Positions 23,807 through 38,800 of a DNA stretch of 64,000 nucleotides are shown here, in pieces. Both the position numbers and the translations under genes were made by a program. Numbering within the stretch: the stretch's first letter is position 1; each line of letters opens with the position of its first letter. Below the pieces are notes generated by a model that was not told where the DNA came from, searched no databases, and saw nothing but the letters and a program-made list of their open reading frames with translations. The stretch is from Acanthaster planci (Eukaryota). The DNA lies in contig NW_019091356.1 in the NCBI RefSeq assembly GCF_001949145.1, positions 4,012,934 through 4,076,933 of the forward strand. Reading direction: 5' to 3'.

Positions 23807-26800
23807 ATGGCCAAGTCAGCGTGGACAGACGACCTAGCCGTGGCGTCTCCAGCCCCGGTGGACTTCAGAGGCGCTCATATCAAGCTGACCAACTCGGAGG
23901 AGGAGACCACTCCCCCAACGCTTCCCCTCAGAGGCATCTTTGATATCAAGAGCAAACACTACGACGTGGTGCTGGAGAAGGACCGAATCAGTTGGAGTCT
24001 CATCCTACCGACAATGCAAAGCGGTAAGTCGACCACGACCATAGCACGCATATTGCCTTGACTCTTCATTGGCTTGGATGATTATATTGGCTTGAGTGAG
24101 TCGGCTTGAGTGAGTACATGAATTCGGATGACTATATTTGCTTGAGCGAGTATTCTGACTTGAATCCATCACACGGAGACAGTCATATCTTTCAGAAGTT
24201 GTTAAAAGTACAAAATTATGAGAGAAAATACTATTCAAATTGTTTTGTAGTTCGCAAATTAATACTTGAATACATGCCAGGTATAATTAAGGCATTGTTA
24301 GGTATATTTTGACGCCGTAAATGGCGCCTACGTACTCTCCGAGGTTGCCCTCCGAGAGTAACTCAGATGAATACAAGTCACGCATGTCGAAAATGAAACT
24401 AAAGATGAGACATATCAATCGCAGATGGTACCGTCCCATTCACATCGGATATAAACTAGCTATCATTACAAATATCCTATCAAATAATAAATGCCTCTAT
24501 CAGTACTGAAAACAGCTGTCACCCAATCCCGGATTTATCTCAATCGGCCAATTTGGCAATGTTTCCATGACAACAAGTCATTAACAATAGCCCGACCGTC
24601 GACCTTTGGACCCACGTTTTAAAACCGAATGTGAATCGTTTATGTCATTTGACGGCACATGAAACGAGTTGGTCCAAATGACTCACGGACCGAACTGAGA
24701 ATGTAAGAATTCTGTCCTCGCATGGCCTTTTGCCATATGCTTCTGTCGCTTTGTTTAGCTTATAGATTTTGCCAATGTTGACCTCCCATTATTGTTTCAT
24801 TAGCCTGCCGTTGCTACCAGCTTTTTGTGTGCTCACGTGTCCGTTGGGAGACAGTTGGTGTGCGCATAACACTCGTTAAGTTCCGTAAAGAGTGCACCGT
24901 AATGCAAAAACGGGGGCCGCTCACAGACGCATGAAATGAATGTAATAGCTGGTATGGAGATTTGGTTTAGTTTATCATAACACTAACCGAATGCTACCAA
25001 GAGCCTCTTTTGCTTTCAACCTCTAGCTTTTTACACAGTCACTGACAGAATTGATCCGAGTTGAAACAAATTTTGATCTACGGTAGCGATCAAATTGACA
25101 AAAGGCGCCTACGTGCAACTGCCACACGGCTCATCTTTCCACTAGATTCTAGCCTGCCGTCAAACCACACAGATTGATATTTACGATTCTCCTTGACTGA
25201 TTTTATGAGAAAAGGCAAAACAAATCGGTTCCCTCAAAATGTGGAATATTCCCGCGGGGTACTATCTGTGGAATAATGGTTTTCAAAATCCTCTGGTGAA
25301 ACAGAGTATACTCATGGAGTTGGTTTTACTATATCGTGCTTTTTATACAGAACACCATCTTACCCGCATTATTAATTAAAGTGGGATTTAGCTACTCCTT
25401 CCAACCCTCTTAATTGTTCATGAAACCGTAAGAAAACCCAAACCGCAGTATTGTAAAATGTGATTGTGAGTAATCATTTTAAAAAACCGCATGACGTCAT
25501 GTCTGGTAACGCATTCATGGAATCCTTGACTGAAGGTCATATCATGATATTATTACAGACAACAAACGCCACGGCAATTCTCCAATACATTGCACGAAAG
25601 AAAAAAACACTATAGGGAAATCTGACATTCAAGACAGAGATACATTCATGATGAATTCTGTTTTGTCTCGGGGAGAAAATGGACAACCAGCAACGTATAT
25701 TACAAACACTGTCATTAAACAATTCATGATATCCAACTTTTCAAGGACCGTGCTATATGTGTGATTCACTGACGTCATTTCAATATGGTGAAAAGCTTCC
25801 AACACGACAGGAAACATTTCGCTAATGATGAAGCCTTTACATCAAGCAGATCCAATTGGCGTATATGAAAAATGATGGTTCGTCTGCATTGTCCAGTAAT
25901 GAAAACGACTTTACGTATGCCCACGAATTATGATAATACCCAACAGTGTCCTCTCTAAAAGGTTTATACTTATACCAAGCTCTATTACCTTAATGCGGCT
26001 TATGGGTGGTGCACAGTTCTTCATTGTAAAGACACCGACAATGGGCGCTTTTCTGGTTTTTACAGAAACACAAATGGGATTATTAGATACCGTTAGAAAT
26101 GGTGCTGAAAAAACTCACGTTGGCGTACATCAGCTTTTCATGTGAGGTGAACATTACTTTTGATATGTGGGTAAAAGCAATTTTAAATTGATATATTATG
26201 CCCCAGTATTTCCGAGCTGCATGCGTTCCTGTAGGTGTACTATTCTAATGGTCACTAATAATATTGCATTGTCAAGTACTGTTGACCGAGTAAACGCCAC
26301 TTGTCAGCGTGTGACGGATACACAGATTTGATAGACTGCTGTTGTGTCGTTGGATACAATAATGAAAGCATTCAACCAACCAACTGACGGGTGATCTCCC
26401 CCCCCCTCGCAGGGCGTAGGCGGAGCATACACGCATCGGTGTCCCTGCATGATGTGTACGCCGTTGGCATCAAGAGGGTGGAGAAACCGGGCAAGAATCG
26501 CGGGTACCCGGAGGGTGTGATCATCTACGTGGCCACGCCCAGCAAGAAGGACCCCAACGTGCTGACAGAGGAACGGATCACGCTGCGTTCTACCAATGAA
26601 GACAACTGTCAGAAGTGGAGGTGTGCCATCGATTCGGCCCTCAAAGGTAACCCTTGAATATACTGTCTTGGGGCTGCAGTGACAATGATCTAAATGTAGT
26701 CTGGTCGCCCTTATCTAGTCGCTCTCATGCTTATCACATCAAGTTCACTCAGTTCAACAACTTTAGTACCATCCAGCTCACTGTGGAAAATCCCAGCCCA

Positions 26801-29800
26801 AGCGTCGCGTACGCTCTGCTGTTCTGCATTTACTGTAAATTGCACTCAAAGCTGGTGCCGCTGGCTCAGTTTCCTGCACATTCCAGCTCATGACTACCTA
26901 TGTCAACTACGGTACAACACGGGAGACTTGACCTCAGATCGATGGACCCAAACCAACTTTGAATCACCCAGATGCAAAATTAGGACGGTTGATCCTTCTC
27001 AGCCCCCCCACAACACAACTTAACCCAACCCCACCCATGCAACCCAACCCAACACAACCCAACCCAACNNNNNNNNNNNNNNNNNNNNNNNNNNNNNNNN
27101 NNNNNNNNNNNNNNNNNNNNNNNNNNNNNNNNNNNNNNNNNNNNNNNNNNNNNNNNNNNNNNNNNNNNNNNNNNNNNNNNNNNNNNNNNNNNNNNNNNNN
27201 NNNNNNNNNNNNNNNNNNNNNNNNNNNNNNNNNNNNNNNNNNNNNNNNNNNNNNNNNNNNNNNNNNNNNNNNNNNNNNNNNNNNNNNNNNNNNNNNNNNN
27301 NNNNNNNNNNNNNNNCCCAACCCAACCCACACAACCCAACCCAACCCCACCCGGCCCAACCTAACCCAACCCAACCCACAGTGAACCCGTAGGATACCTT
27401 AATCAAGCTGAAAATTCACGGGAAGAACAACCTTTCAAAACGGTTTCGTTTCTATGTTACTGTCATTTCATTTAACGCGTTTCGATTGTTTTCTTTTATC
27501 TCTTTAGCAAATTTTACTAAATAATTCTTCGACCATTACATACTTATAAAGAGAAAGAAGATTATTCTCTTTCCTATATACCTGAAATGAAAGTCCACGT
27601 CGCCGAACTCATAAATTTGCATCTCAACAATAGATGAGTTTAACTTTATTCCCGTCAAACTTTGCATTGACTGCAACACAATGACAGTAAAAAGCCTGTT
27701 TATTTCCGCAACGCACACCACTCGTTTCTAACCATTACGGTTATCAATAGAAATGAAGGGCGAAGCGCTCGCCAAAAGGTGGGTCGTGCTGAGCCCACTA
27801 ATCGGTCCATTGAAATTATCAGGTCGGCAATTTTCTGGTCTGAATCATCGGAGAACCAGACTAAGTCAAGCGTACGGACGCATCAAAGTTTTTCTGCTGA
27901 TGAGCATGCTTGACTGTTAGAAAAGCTAAAGGATACACGGAAAATATGTGGATCTGGTCCACCAGAGGGTGACGGGTAATCCAAAAACAAGCCTCTGTTT
28001 CTGAGTAGGGTTCTCCTTTGTGCTTTTCTTCCTATTTGTCTTGTTTCCTTCCAAATTCAATACACAGTTTTCTAATTTAATTGAAAAAAAGTCCTCCTTT
28101 TCAAGTCATATCTCAAAAAATTATGCTTTAAACATTTCCATATTTCCCGCTCTTTCTCCAACTGGACGGGCAAATTAAAAGAAAAGTGCAGCAACCTAAG
28201 AAAAGCCAACAGCTTTTCACCATGTGCCGTGGGAAAATTATGCAACTAGAAAACTAGGCCGACCTGCAACTGTTTTGCCTCTCATCTTTATTTCAAACAG
28301 GGTCGATCGAATCTCTTTGTTCTCGCGGCATATTTATCAGTAAAAGAATTAATAAAATACTGTTAGAACGGTTGGCCTATTTTGGCCAATCGTTTCCACT
28401 AGCGAAGCTGGATGGTTTGATTAGCTTACATACTCGCAGAGGGGACTCATTACAAAAAAATAATCCATCTAAATATTCAGTTAAGCCTTGGGAAATGAAC
28501 GTTACTTCAATCATCCCAAGCATGCATTTGAAATGAAGTATGAAAGAGCATGGATTGAGGTTTACGAAGGCCCATTTCTCATAAACTGTGAATAAAATCG
28601 AGTGAAACCTGAGAACGAGGTTAAAATAGGTTGACAGATTCTCGCTAAGTATACCCAATCATTGCCAAACGGCAACTACCATCTCTTTTCGATTGCACGA
28701 CCTTATTACACATTTTGTTTAACTATTGGTCTGTCATTTTGAGGCACAAACCTCGCTTGTATGTTTCCAAATAACCTCGGCTTGTTCTAACAGGGGCGGA
28801 CAAAGATTGCTTTTAAACAGGGAAGGTGCGGTGTGATATATTTTATTTGCCAGAAATGTCAGCAAGTTCCAACGTGCATATACATCAAAACTGGAAACCG
28901 AAACCAACAGCTGCGGGAACCAAGCAAACACTACGTTAAAATTAATTTTCTACCAAGGAACCAGCCCATACTAAATGATACTGTCATTTTCAATCAGGGA
29001 ATCGTCGGTCAGGTCAACGTACAATCCTTTGAATTTACATTAATTTGGTAGCACAAAAGAAGTGACAATTTTTCGTTTTCCACATTTTTCAATTAAGCAA
29101 TATGTCAAAATTACATTTATGATGAAAGGGGCAGAGATTTCATGCATTCGTTCTGCGTTTCCATAAAGGCGCAAACATGCATTGCCTGTCCCTTAAACAC
29201 CTATGAAACGTATTCCCGGGAAATGTATAAAAGTAGGTTAACTGGCATTGCCGATTTGATGAAGGGACGAGGCACTTCGTCACATTCTGAGTTTCGCGAG
29301 TAAACACGGTGCCCCTTCCTATAATGGAAAAACACATTGGAAAGAGGGACAGAAGTGAAGGAAAACTTCTCACGAAAGGATGGGCGTCTTAACAGCTAAT
29401 TAATTAGGCCTACGGTGTTTATTCTAATTACTGCGTTCACGATTTTTTTCAAAGAATCATGCAAAGGTTTCTTTTACGCTTAAAATTGTTGCAAAGGCAG
29501 TAGTTTTTGCAGTTTTGTACAAAGCGAAACTTCTCTCGCGATTATCTCGAAAACTTTTTTTTTCAACATCCACATGCCCGTCCCTTCGTCCGTAAACACG
29601 GTGACGATATATCTGCCAGCTGTGCTGACACATCCTGACTCTATATCCGAGTACGTGTCAAACACCTGAGAACAGTCCAGAGACACGGCGCTTTAACGCC
29701 GACGGTGTGAAATTTACACACCCGGTGTCAATTTTCACTGTTGACGACTCACGTTTTTCGTGAATGCAACATTTATGAATTGCAAACCTATGTTGTCGAA

Positions 29801-32800
29801 GGTAGCCAGCACCTCATGTTATTTTGTGACAAAAGTCTGCAGTGTAGGATTTTCATCTCAGATAAACCCTATAACGCATCCAACGCTAATTCAATTTTGT
29901 CCTCGGTGACAGTCGCAACAAAGACTTCAAGATTAACCGAGCCAAATTCCAGGGTGTGAAACTCCCACCAGTCGTCCAAGAAACCTTCAGCAGTGTGAAA
30001 CGTATGCATAAATGGCTCTGTCATCAAGGGTGCCCTACATTTTGGGAAAAGTATCGATGAAGCGTCTTCACAAACGCCGCGATTTTTCCCTGGCCCGGTT
30101 ATTTTTTATCATGTATTGCTGGGTGGCAAATTTCTCTTCGGTCAATATTCTTTGCTCGGTATTTTGAGGAGAAAAAAGGTTCTACACAGCTGTGGACAGC
30201 AGTGTAGAGCAATTTGAGTAACAGTAGAACACAAACCCTCCGTAGGTTAACGATGCCTGTACCGTCGTTTATTAATTATTACTGGCTCTGTGGGGCAGTT
30301 GGAACAACGCGCTCAATATACCAAGGTCATTCATAATTACACCGTATCTGTTTCTTACATCGACTGATTCCCCTGTCCAATTTGTGATGGAGAGAGTCCG
30401 TTGATGATGGATACTCCATGGTTCGGTTTTGTGTCTTATATCCAGAAGGAAAAAAGAGTAATTGCTCATAAAAATTGTCTGGGCATTTCTACTCAGCATG
30501 GTTAAGTACTTCGCTTTTTCATGCTTTTATAGGTATTGTAAGTACTCTCATCTAGTACTGAACTAAGGGTATGGGGGGAGGGGCCTTCTTGGGGGTTCCA
30601 AAATTTCGAATGTTTTTCAAGTAACCTTTCATGGCCTTTTTGGAAGTGTGGCTACATTTTGGGATACATGTTGTTAGAAGAAAGCTTAGAAAATTAATTA
30701 ACCCGGTAAATTGCCTTTCTCTTGTTTTTTTTCAAAACAATTTTCATGGGCTCCTTTTTGTGGGTGCTGGGTGAAGGATGTTCCCCGTAGTCCCCTTGGA
30801 TTCGCCCTTACCACTTGATCGTGGTAACAAAATTCTACCAGTCGCCAAATGCGAATTGCTGGTCGTGAAAACGGTGTAAGGTACTGGTGTTACCTTGAAT
30901 GCCCAAACTGACGCACTGTAAGCAGAACGTAAGTGGAGTGCCTTCTATGACACGAAACGCATGTTTTTCGAAAGCAATTTACCTTCATCTTAAATTACCA
31001 GACACTTCGGGCGTAATACAGTCACGTCAAAATAAACGGATCGCAAAAGATCAACTTAATATTCGGACTGAGGGCTATTGACTTCATGCACAAGTATCCC
31101 AGGAGAAGCACTGATACCAAGGGAAGCAGCTCATACTGTTGGGTGCCATTTTATCCCAAATACGTTGGCATATGCTCCGTCCACACATAATATACCCTAT
31201 CAACGGTGAACAGCGTATGTAAACCAGGTCAACTGCTTTAGTTGCACAGTTCCTGTCCTATGAATGTCCTACGAAAATACTATCAGGAATCATTTGTCTC
31301 AACTGCCATACATTTTGACACTCGCTTAAATGTTTTTTTTTTCTTAAAAGGGGCACGGGTTGTAAGCGCTCTCTTTTGTTCAGGAAGCCCCAACGTGGGC
31401 TCCTTTCGAGAACAAAATGGACAGAGGACCAGCGTTCCAGATCTGCTGTATCTGATGAATATTACACAGTCAAGTTTTTTCTTGTATACACAGCATCATT
31501 AACCAAACAAAATATCTCCCGAGCAAACCATTCATGGTAAAGACTCCTCAAATCTTCTCTGGGCTTACGTCAAAGCTTAATAATCCTCCGCCGAGCGATG
31601 ACTTTAATTGAGAATGCAAGGCAGTTTATTGCAGAGGAAAACTCCCCGGAGATATCTGAGTTTTGTTTGCACGGTAACTCTGGTAGTGCATTCAAGGTAT
31701 CCCTCAACGGCGCGTCTCTTATTGTGCCGATGTTGCCGCTTTCATATTGTAAGATAATGCAAAGGTCCAATGCCACCAAGAAAACAAGAAGAATAAGAAT
31801 GCACGTGCTAGTACATGTATTACTCATAATATCTGTTATTACTTTTTGCTCATTTATATTTCATGGTGTTAGGCCTTGAAGGTAATACGACTTATCTCTG
31901 TAAAAATGGTCGTGTACAATCACTCCCTGCATGAGGAAAGAAAACAATGAATTCCGACAATTATCTCGATGGAGCTTATTGTCTACTTTATGCGTTTGAA
32001 TCATCTTCGCAATCGAGCTTAGTTTGTGCGCTTTGCATTATGTCCCAAAAGCGGTGAAAATTTTACAAGGCTTGGCATTAATTAACTTCCTAACGAAGAC
32101 TCTCTAAATAACTTCCTTATCGCACTGGTGGTAAAAGTGTGATCAATATTACAAAACTCTTCACTCTGGGGAATACTGAAAGCTTTATTACAGTTGATGG
32201 TATGGCTACATTGTTTGAAGAGATTAAAGGACGAGCCATCCGAGAACAACAGGACTGCATTACCTTGATCAGAGCAATGACTTGATTTTTTTACCTTTTC
32301 GCAATTGATGCCATTCAAAAAACCACCTAGCGCCATTTTTTTCTCCATGCGATCATGGTTTCTTGTATAGAAGTGCAGGGTTGGTCCAACAGGAGGTACA
32401 TGCACTATGATTTCAGATTAATTCAGCGAACAATTTAACATAGGGATGACGGAGCTCCTTTCTTGCCAAGCATTAGTTTAATCACATCTCGAGTGTTTTT
32501 GGAGGTGTCGCTGGAACGGTATAATAAAAGCGGTGATTTCAATGGGAAAAAAATGAGCTAGTTAAGAAACAACCACCGAAGCTCTGTTGATTTGATAAGG
32601 CCTAGAAGTGCTGCGCGGGTGATAACCATGCTATTACGCTAGCCAACCCCAACGGTTTATTGCCGCTGCGTTCAGTTTTAAGAAGAGGTGGGACACTCTT
32701 TAATTCAATTCCAACAGGCGAGTGTGATGAGCGTGGAAATCTTCCGCCTTTGGCGGGTAGCAGATGGGGTAGCTTTGGGTTCATGACGGGCGGAGTGTAA

Positions 32801-35800
32801 GACGCTGAAGTGATGGTTTATTAATTTTCCCTGACATAAAAGACGTAAGCATTACTTGCTCAGCAGTGGTTAAAAACATGAGGGGTTTTAGCAATGAAAC
32901 TTTGGTATAGTTTTTCATTGTGGTATTAATTTGTGAGCAGAGAACGTTTCGAAGTTGGCGCAATTTTGACAAACACAGCTTTTGCGTCCGTCCAACTGCA
33001 AATAAACTCAGGCACTCATCTTCGATCGAGCAATTATTATGACATTAGGCATTTTACAGAATGAAATCCCTCCTATAAAGTGGTTGCAGGCAACGTTCAT
33101 AACCACAACCGCTAATGACGGAATGGGGCTCTCTGAAGATAAAATTCGAGTTACAGTTTAGACACTATAACCTGTGTCTGCCTTAATGTGAATGGATTAG
33201 GATTTTTAAAAATCCACAAAAAGTCCGAATTCTTTCAAGACTCAAAAACACGGACGTAGTGTCTAAAAAGAGAAATCATTGAAGAAGCTTGTGACAACAT
33301 CATGGTACTTTGCAGTAATGCATTCTTCATGACATTTATGCCTCTCGGAGGTTTTTTAAATAACATGTACTTCAATTGCATTGCATCGCTGGCAACGATG
33401 GACAGAGTAGTGATAAGTTTCCACAGCGACCAGCGTATTTAATGCGTGGAGAAAGGAGATTCCTAGCGTGAGCCGCAGGAAAGATAATGAAAATTTTCAG
33501 TCGGATTGGCAAAAAGGCATTTTCAAAGCTGTGATTTTTCTGCAAATTATTTCCACACAGCAGGCATAAAAATTATGGGCAGTACAGGTCCTGTTACACT
33601 CGATACAATCCTAGCAGGGAGGAATGACAGCCTGAAGTGAAGTGACACGTCATGCCGAAAATACCCTAGAGAGAATTAAGGCGCATGCGCGCGAGTCAAA
33701 CATACAGTTTACCCTGTGAAGCAAAGATTGCTCAAAATCAAGGGTTTTGCTGTTAATTCTACTGGTTGTGACTGATAATTTGCCTGGCTCAGGGCTAATC
33801 AAGCAAATGTAGGCCCAGACATAAATTTGGCGATGAATTACAGCAGCCACTTTTTGCTATAGAGTACCGAAGTGAATACGTCACACGCACAATTAGTGTG
33901 TAAAAGGCATTAGCGCGAGAACCAGCGCGTGAACCCACACGCGCGCGTACTCCATTCGTTTGCACTGCACTTTCTGGTTCACAGTGACGTCACACTTCGG
34001 TACTCTATACGTTATTTAATATGATGTTATCACTGTTGTTCGTAGGTTGCGATTATTATGTCACGAGAAATCCACCAAAAGTTAATAATGAAGACCCGTT
34101 GGGAAAGTTGCCCGAGCCACCCTTGGCTTGCATTTTTGCACGCACGAGAAAGAAACATTTCAGATTGTAGAATTTTCAAGGGTTGACTCACCATTTGTGT
34201 CTAATCACAAGAAGAGAGACTGTGTATATTGTATTATAATATTTCGTTTTGAGTCACTAGATGGAGCGAATGCATTAGTGGTAAGGCAGAACAATAGTTG
34301 GGAAAACGTTAATTCCAGACTGATTAACTTAACTGTGGTAAAATCTCATCAAGGATCCACTTAGAGTCACGTCACGTGACGAAAGACCTTTGCTATTAAA
34401 CGAATTACAAATACAAGCTATAATCTGATTACGACTTGACGAAAATGACATTTTTTACGAAGAGGTGAAGATGGAGCTGTATTTAAGAACTGTGGGTTTA
34501 TGTTTAGTTTCGCCGTGCGTCGGGAAATAAATATCCATCGCTCGACATGGTGTGCGAGCCATGTCTGCGGGGATTTAAAAAAAGGTTTGATACCGTTGGC
34601 ATTATTTCGATCGGCACAGACTGCAGCTTTTAAGATAGTGTAGCCAATACAGGCTTCCGTAGATGATTTTTCTAATGGCCTATCCAGTATCTTTTACTAT
34701 GACTGCAAGATCAATAAGAATGCTGTAAAATTTTTCTATTTATTTTTGAGTGAAACCTGCAAGCTTTTTTGGTCACTTGAGTACATCATTTCGACGTAGC
34801 TTCCGGCCTGGATGTGCTTGTGCAAGGATAGGCGTGATTCAAGGCCTCTTCTACAAAGATTTTCCCCTTGGAATTACTTGAAGACACCGGCACTACTTTT
34901 GAAATCTTCTGCTATCCTTTCTGCTTTTGTGTACATTGTCTTGAAATCGCAGAAATGTCGGCAGCCTTTAATGAAACGGCGCGGGCCATGCGATTTCAAA
35001 TCCGGTTTTTAATGTAGTTCTTATAATGCTCCTGCATTCAACTCAATTTTGAATTGTTTGCATAACAGTTTGGGAGGACATTTGGTGCCTTCCTGATTTT
35101 GTGCTTATGAGAACTTTGAACATTTAGATGAAAAAGCAAGATGTTACCCAAGGTAGAAACTTGTTACAACTCTGCGCTCAAATTTTCCACCATTTGGAAT
35201 ATTTAGCTGGTGTAAATTCTGTGTACCTTGGAGATCTGTAGTCTCAGTTCACAGACAGTAGGCCGACGAGGAAAGTTACCATACAAAAATTTTCAGTGAG
35301 CAAATTTAGGGTTTGCAATTTGAACGGAAAGTCTCAAAATGTCTAGTGTCTTCGTGAAATATGACCTCACAGCAACAGCGCCCTCGTTTGCCCAGGAAAA
35401 ATGGATTTAAAAAATGTAAAAGAGTACACTTTTCATTGAAAGTAACCGAACAGAATTAGTTTTCTCTAAGTACATGAAATTCACATCATATAACCTATTA
35501 AGTATTATCTAAATTGTGACCATTGAAGTCTCGATTTTGACCTACATGAAAACCAAATTGCGAGAACTCAAAAGGACGTTATTTGGGGTCGGATTGCGCT
35601 ACCCGGTTCTTCATTCACCTAACTCCTAAGGAAAATCCCTACAAAAAACACACGGGCACGGCCTTGAAAGAGATTAAGAGATGCATGTACCTGCATACAG
35701 CAAGCACTGCATTATGTGTGGACTGATGCGGCCCAGACGATCAAGTCTGACGTAGCCATTCGGGACAAAATTATGGATTGAATCGCGGCACATCAATTCC

Positions 35801-38800
35801 CGTGCGTGCCTTCCGCCTGAAAGCGGCGTCAAAACGACGTTTAAACAAGAGTCTGTTCCAATCGTGAATCTAAAAGTAAACCGAAAGCCATTTTCTACGA
35901 TCGATGGACTTTTTGAAGCCCGATATGACAAACGCACCAGCAGACAGCATCATCAGTGTACTGAGAAAAAAATAGCAGCCGTAACCTCCCAGGATGCAAC
36001 AACTTGTCTTTGTATTTTCTATCGCGATACGGAGTGCAAAGACATTGACCTTTTCATAATCAATATAATGCATTCAAGTTTCTTTCGAATGAATGAAAGA
36101 ACCAAACAGCTATTTTTGCCTGTGTCATATAAGGGCTTTGCTATCCTACAACTTCAGTGAGAATTTTTAAGTCAGGATGTTTTCTGTGAGTGAAAAAGGC
36201 GGCATTTTTATGTTCATATATTGCACCTTCAATGTCAATGAGTAGGTTGACTGTGTTCCTTTATACACTGCTTAGTTTCCTGACAACTGAAAACATCAAA
36301 GTTTTCCCAAATGGAAAGTGAATATTACCTGTGAAATTTTCTGCTCCTCTCAAAATCAAGAAAATTATCAAATCTATAGTACACATTTTGAAACGTTTAA
36401 AGTTTTCCACGCTTCCACGACAAACAAGGGCGTCGTTGCTGTGATGTCACTGGAGAAAGATACCGTTCGGAAGCAGTTCTGTTTAAACTGTGAACTGAAC
36501 ATTTTGTACATTGAAAAGCTTTAGGAGAAAACTTTACTTAGTGGCCATCTACCGTAAACGGAAACAACGAATCACTAATTAGTAAACGAAGTTTACGACA
36601 ACAAAACATCCTAAATCCTGGCACCTTTTCGCACTAAAATAGCTTTAAAACGTAACTGTCTGCCTTGGGTTATATCAGACGTTTGCTCATAAGTATGCGG
36701 TTAGCATAAAATAAAAGGGGCACAAAATGCCCTTGCAAGGGCAAACAAAACCCAAAATTGAGTTACGAGACACAGAGAAACATATTGTTTTCTACAAGAA
36801 CTGTATCAAAAATTACATTGCACGGCCCCTTTAAAACTCTGGACTCCAGCGTCAGTGCTTGTGCACCGTAGCCTACCTCATCCCTGTAATCCTTTCAACC
36901 TAATGGGGGGATAATGCGCCGTATAATCTTACACGGACAATTAACAACAACATTTTTAATGTTTGTTGACCAGGCTTAGGTGGGAGGCCAAGGAAACTTC
37001 GCGCCTTTGTGAATGACTGGGTTAATGATGGCGAGGCGACACGTGTTTTCTACTCCAAGGTGGTTCCGGTCTTCCAGGTGGCAGGAACAAGACTTGATGT
37101 AATAGGTAACAATACTACTGAAAGTGATGTAATCATATGGGTTATTAAATTTATTCATTTAAATCACCAACAGAGGTTGCCCGCCAATAAAAAAATACCC
37201 CAAATTACATAAACCAAACCAAAGTACAACTTCACATTTAAAACATAAAACAAATACAAAATATACCAAACACTGCACCAGCTATATTCCCTAAAGCAAC
37301 ACAAAGAAAGACGAGGACAGGGGAGGATGGAATGTTGGGAGGGGCGGGGGACAAGGGGAAAGATAACGGGGGAGGACCCAAGGGGCAAGACATGAAGGCT
37401 ACGGGTAAGAAAGGAGAATAAGGAGAAATGAGAGAGACTAAAGCACCAAGGAAGGACCAAGCTTAAATACTGATAAATTAAAAATGCATTAAATCTCCAA
37501 TATCTAAGGACTTGACATTGAATTCGACAACTGCTGATCATGTAGGTTAAATGGGAAGGTGTATGCTAGGGCCTGTTTTCGTTCCCTTTGGTGACTGGGA
37601 TGTTGAGAACATGCATCCGTTGTGTACGACACCGGAAGCCAGTCTGATTCCTTCCTCCATGGTCTGATGTACACTTATTTTAAGTGCGAAAGCAACGCAC
37701 AACCTCTCGTTTTACAGTCCTTTCTTCGCATAATATTGATCCTGGCTGTTTAGAATAATTTTCAAATCAAGCCCAGAGCAGTGCTCACCGTCCAAAAGAA
37801 AGAAGGGAATCGTATTTGTTTGTTGAACTTGACATTCAAAGTCATGATTCAATTTGTGATTTCTGTACAGAAAAATGTTTACATCTACTTTTGTAAAAAA
37901 ACATCTTCAATCAGAAAATGCTTTTCTGAAAAGAAGGGTGCAGTTTAATTGGATAAAAGACGGGAATTTATCAGGACTGTTGACAAGAGATTGCGTGACA
38001 AGTTGTCACTGTAGGTAAAGACATTGACGAGAATGTCTCGGTGCACACCTCATGTCGATCATAGACACTGGCCTTATCCGTTGCATGAAGCACTTTAGCA
38101 TGTTAATTGAATTTCTCGTTTATGGACAGAGTAAGTTACAAATTAATATACGAGGTATTTTGGGATATATAACTGTTCTTTGTTAATGCTATGCTACCCT
38201 TCAATTAAACAGAGAGGAATAGAATCAGAAACCTGAGAAATTAATGAAACATGTATAACTGCCCCTATTAATACCATTTATGGAATTTTATATTTAAGAT
38301 ATCCTTATAAATATTTAGAGTTTTTCATTTCCTTTTTAGTGACAACCAGAGAGGGAAGCGCTCACCAAATCCTGCAAAAAGTCGACTTTGATGATTATGA
38401 CGGGTAAGCTGTGAAGTGGATTCATTTTGATAAATATGGGCATGCTCATAAGAAGTCTTGACGACAGATGCTTACAACCATGACAGACGACAGTTTATGG
38501 TGACGCCCAGTCGGAGAGTGGGATTTTAAAGAACGCTGCAAAAGTGACATACGTATCTGTTGGTGGCACAATGTAATGCAGAGCTAATAGACAAAGGTCC
38601 ATTTTCTTGAACCAAGATGATTTGTATGGTTATTATGGAGATTGAGAGGCCACAGATTAATGCGCACGTGGTATAAATCAGTCCACCGTCTTTTTCTTTA
38701 AATTACGTCGTACATAATGATGCACAATGTTGAGGATTCTAGAGGGTAAAACATAACAATCCTAGTATGTCGACACGGGACTGACGTGTGGTTGGTAAAG

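Noticed and set aside
26959..27406. ORFs spanning the N run
   Set aside because: Artefacts of the gap and the (CCCAA)n repeat.
26647..36973. Nested gene (for example NeuroD) in the 10-kb CERKL intron 2, including the hydrophobic ORFs at 31570-31879
   Set aside because: No bHLH or other recognisable domain and no consistent exon chain.
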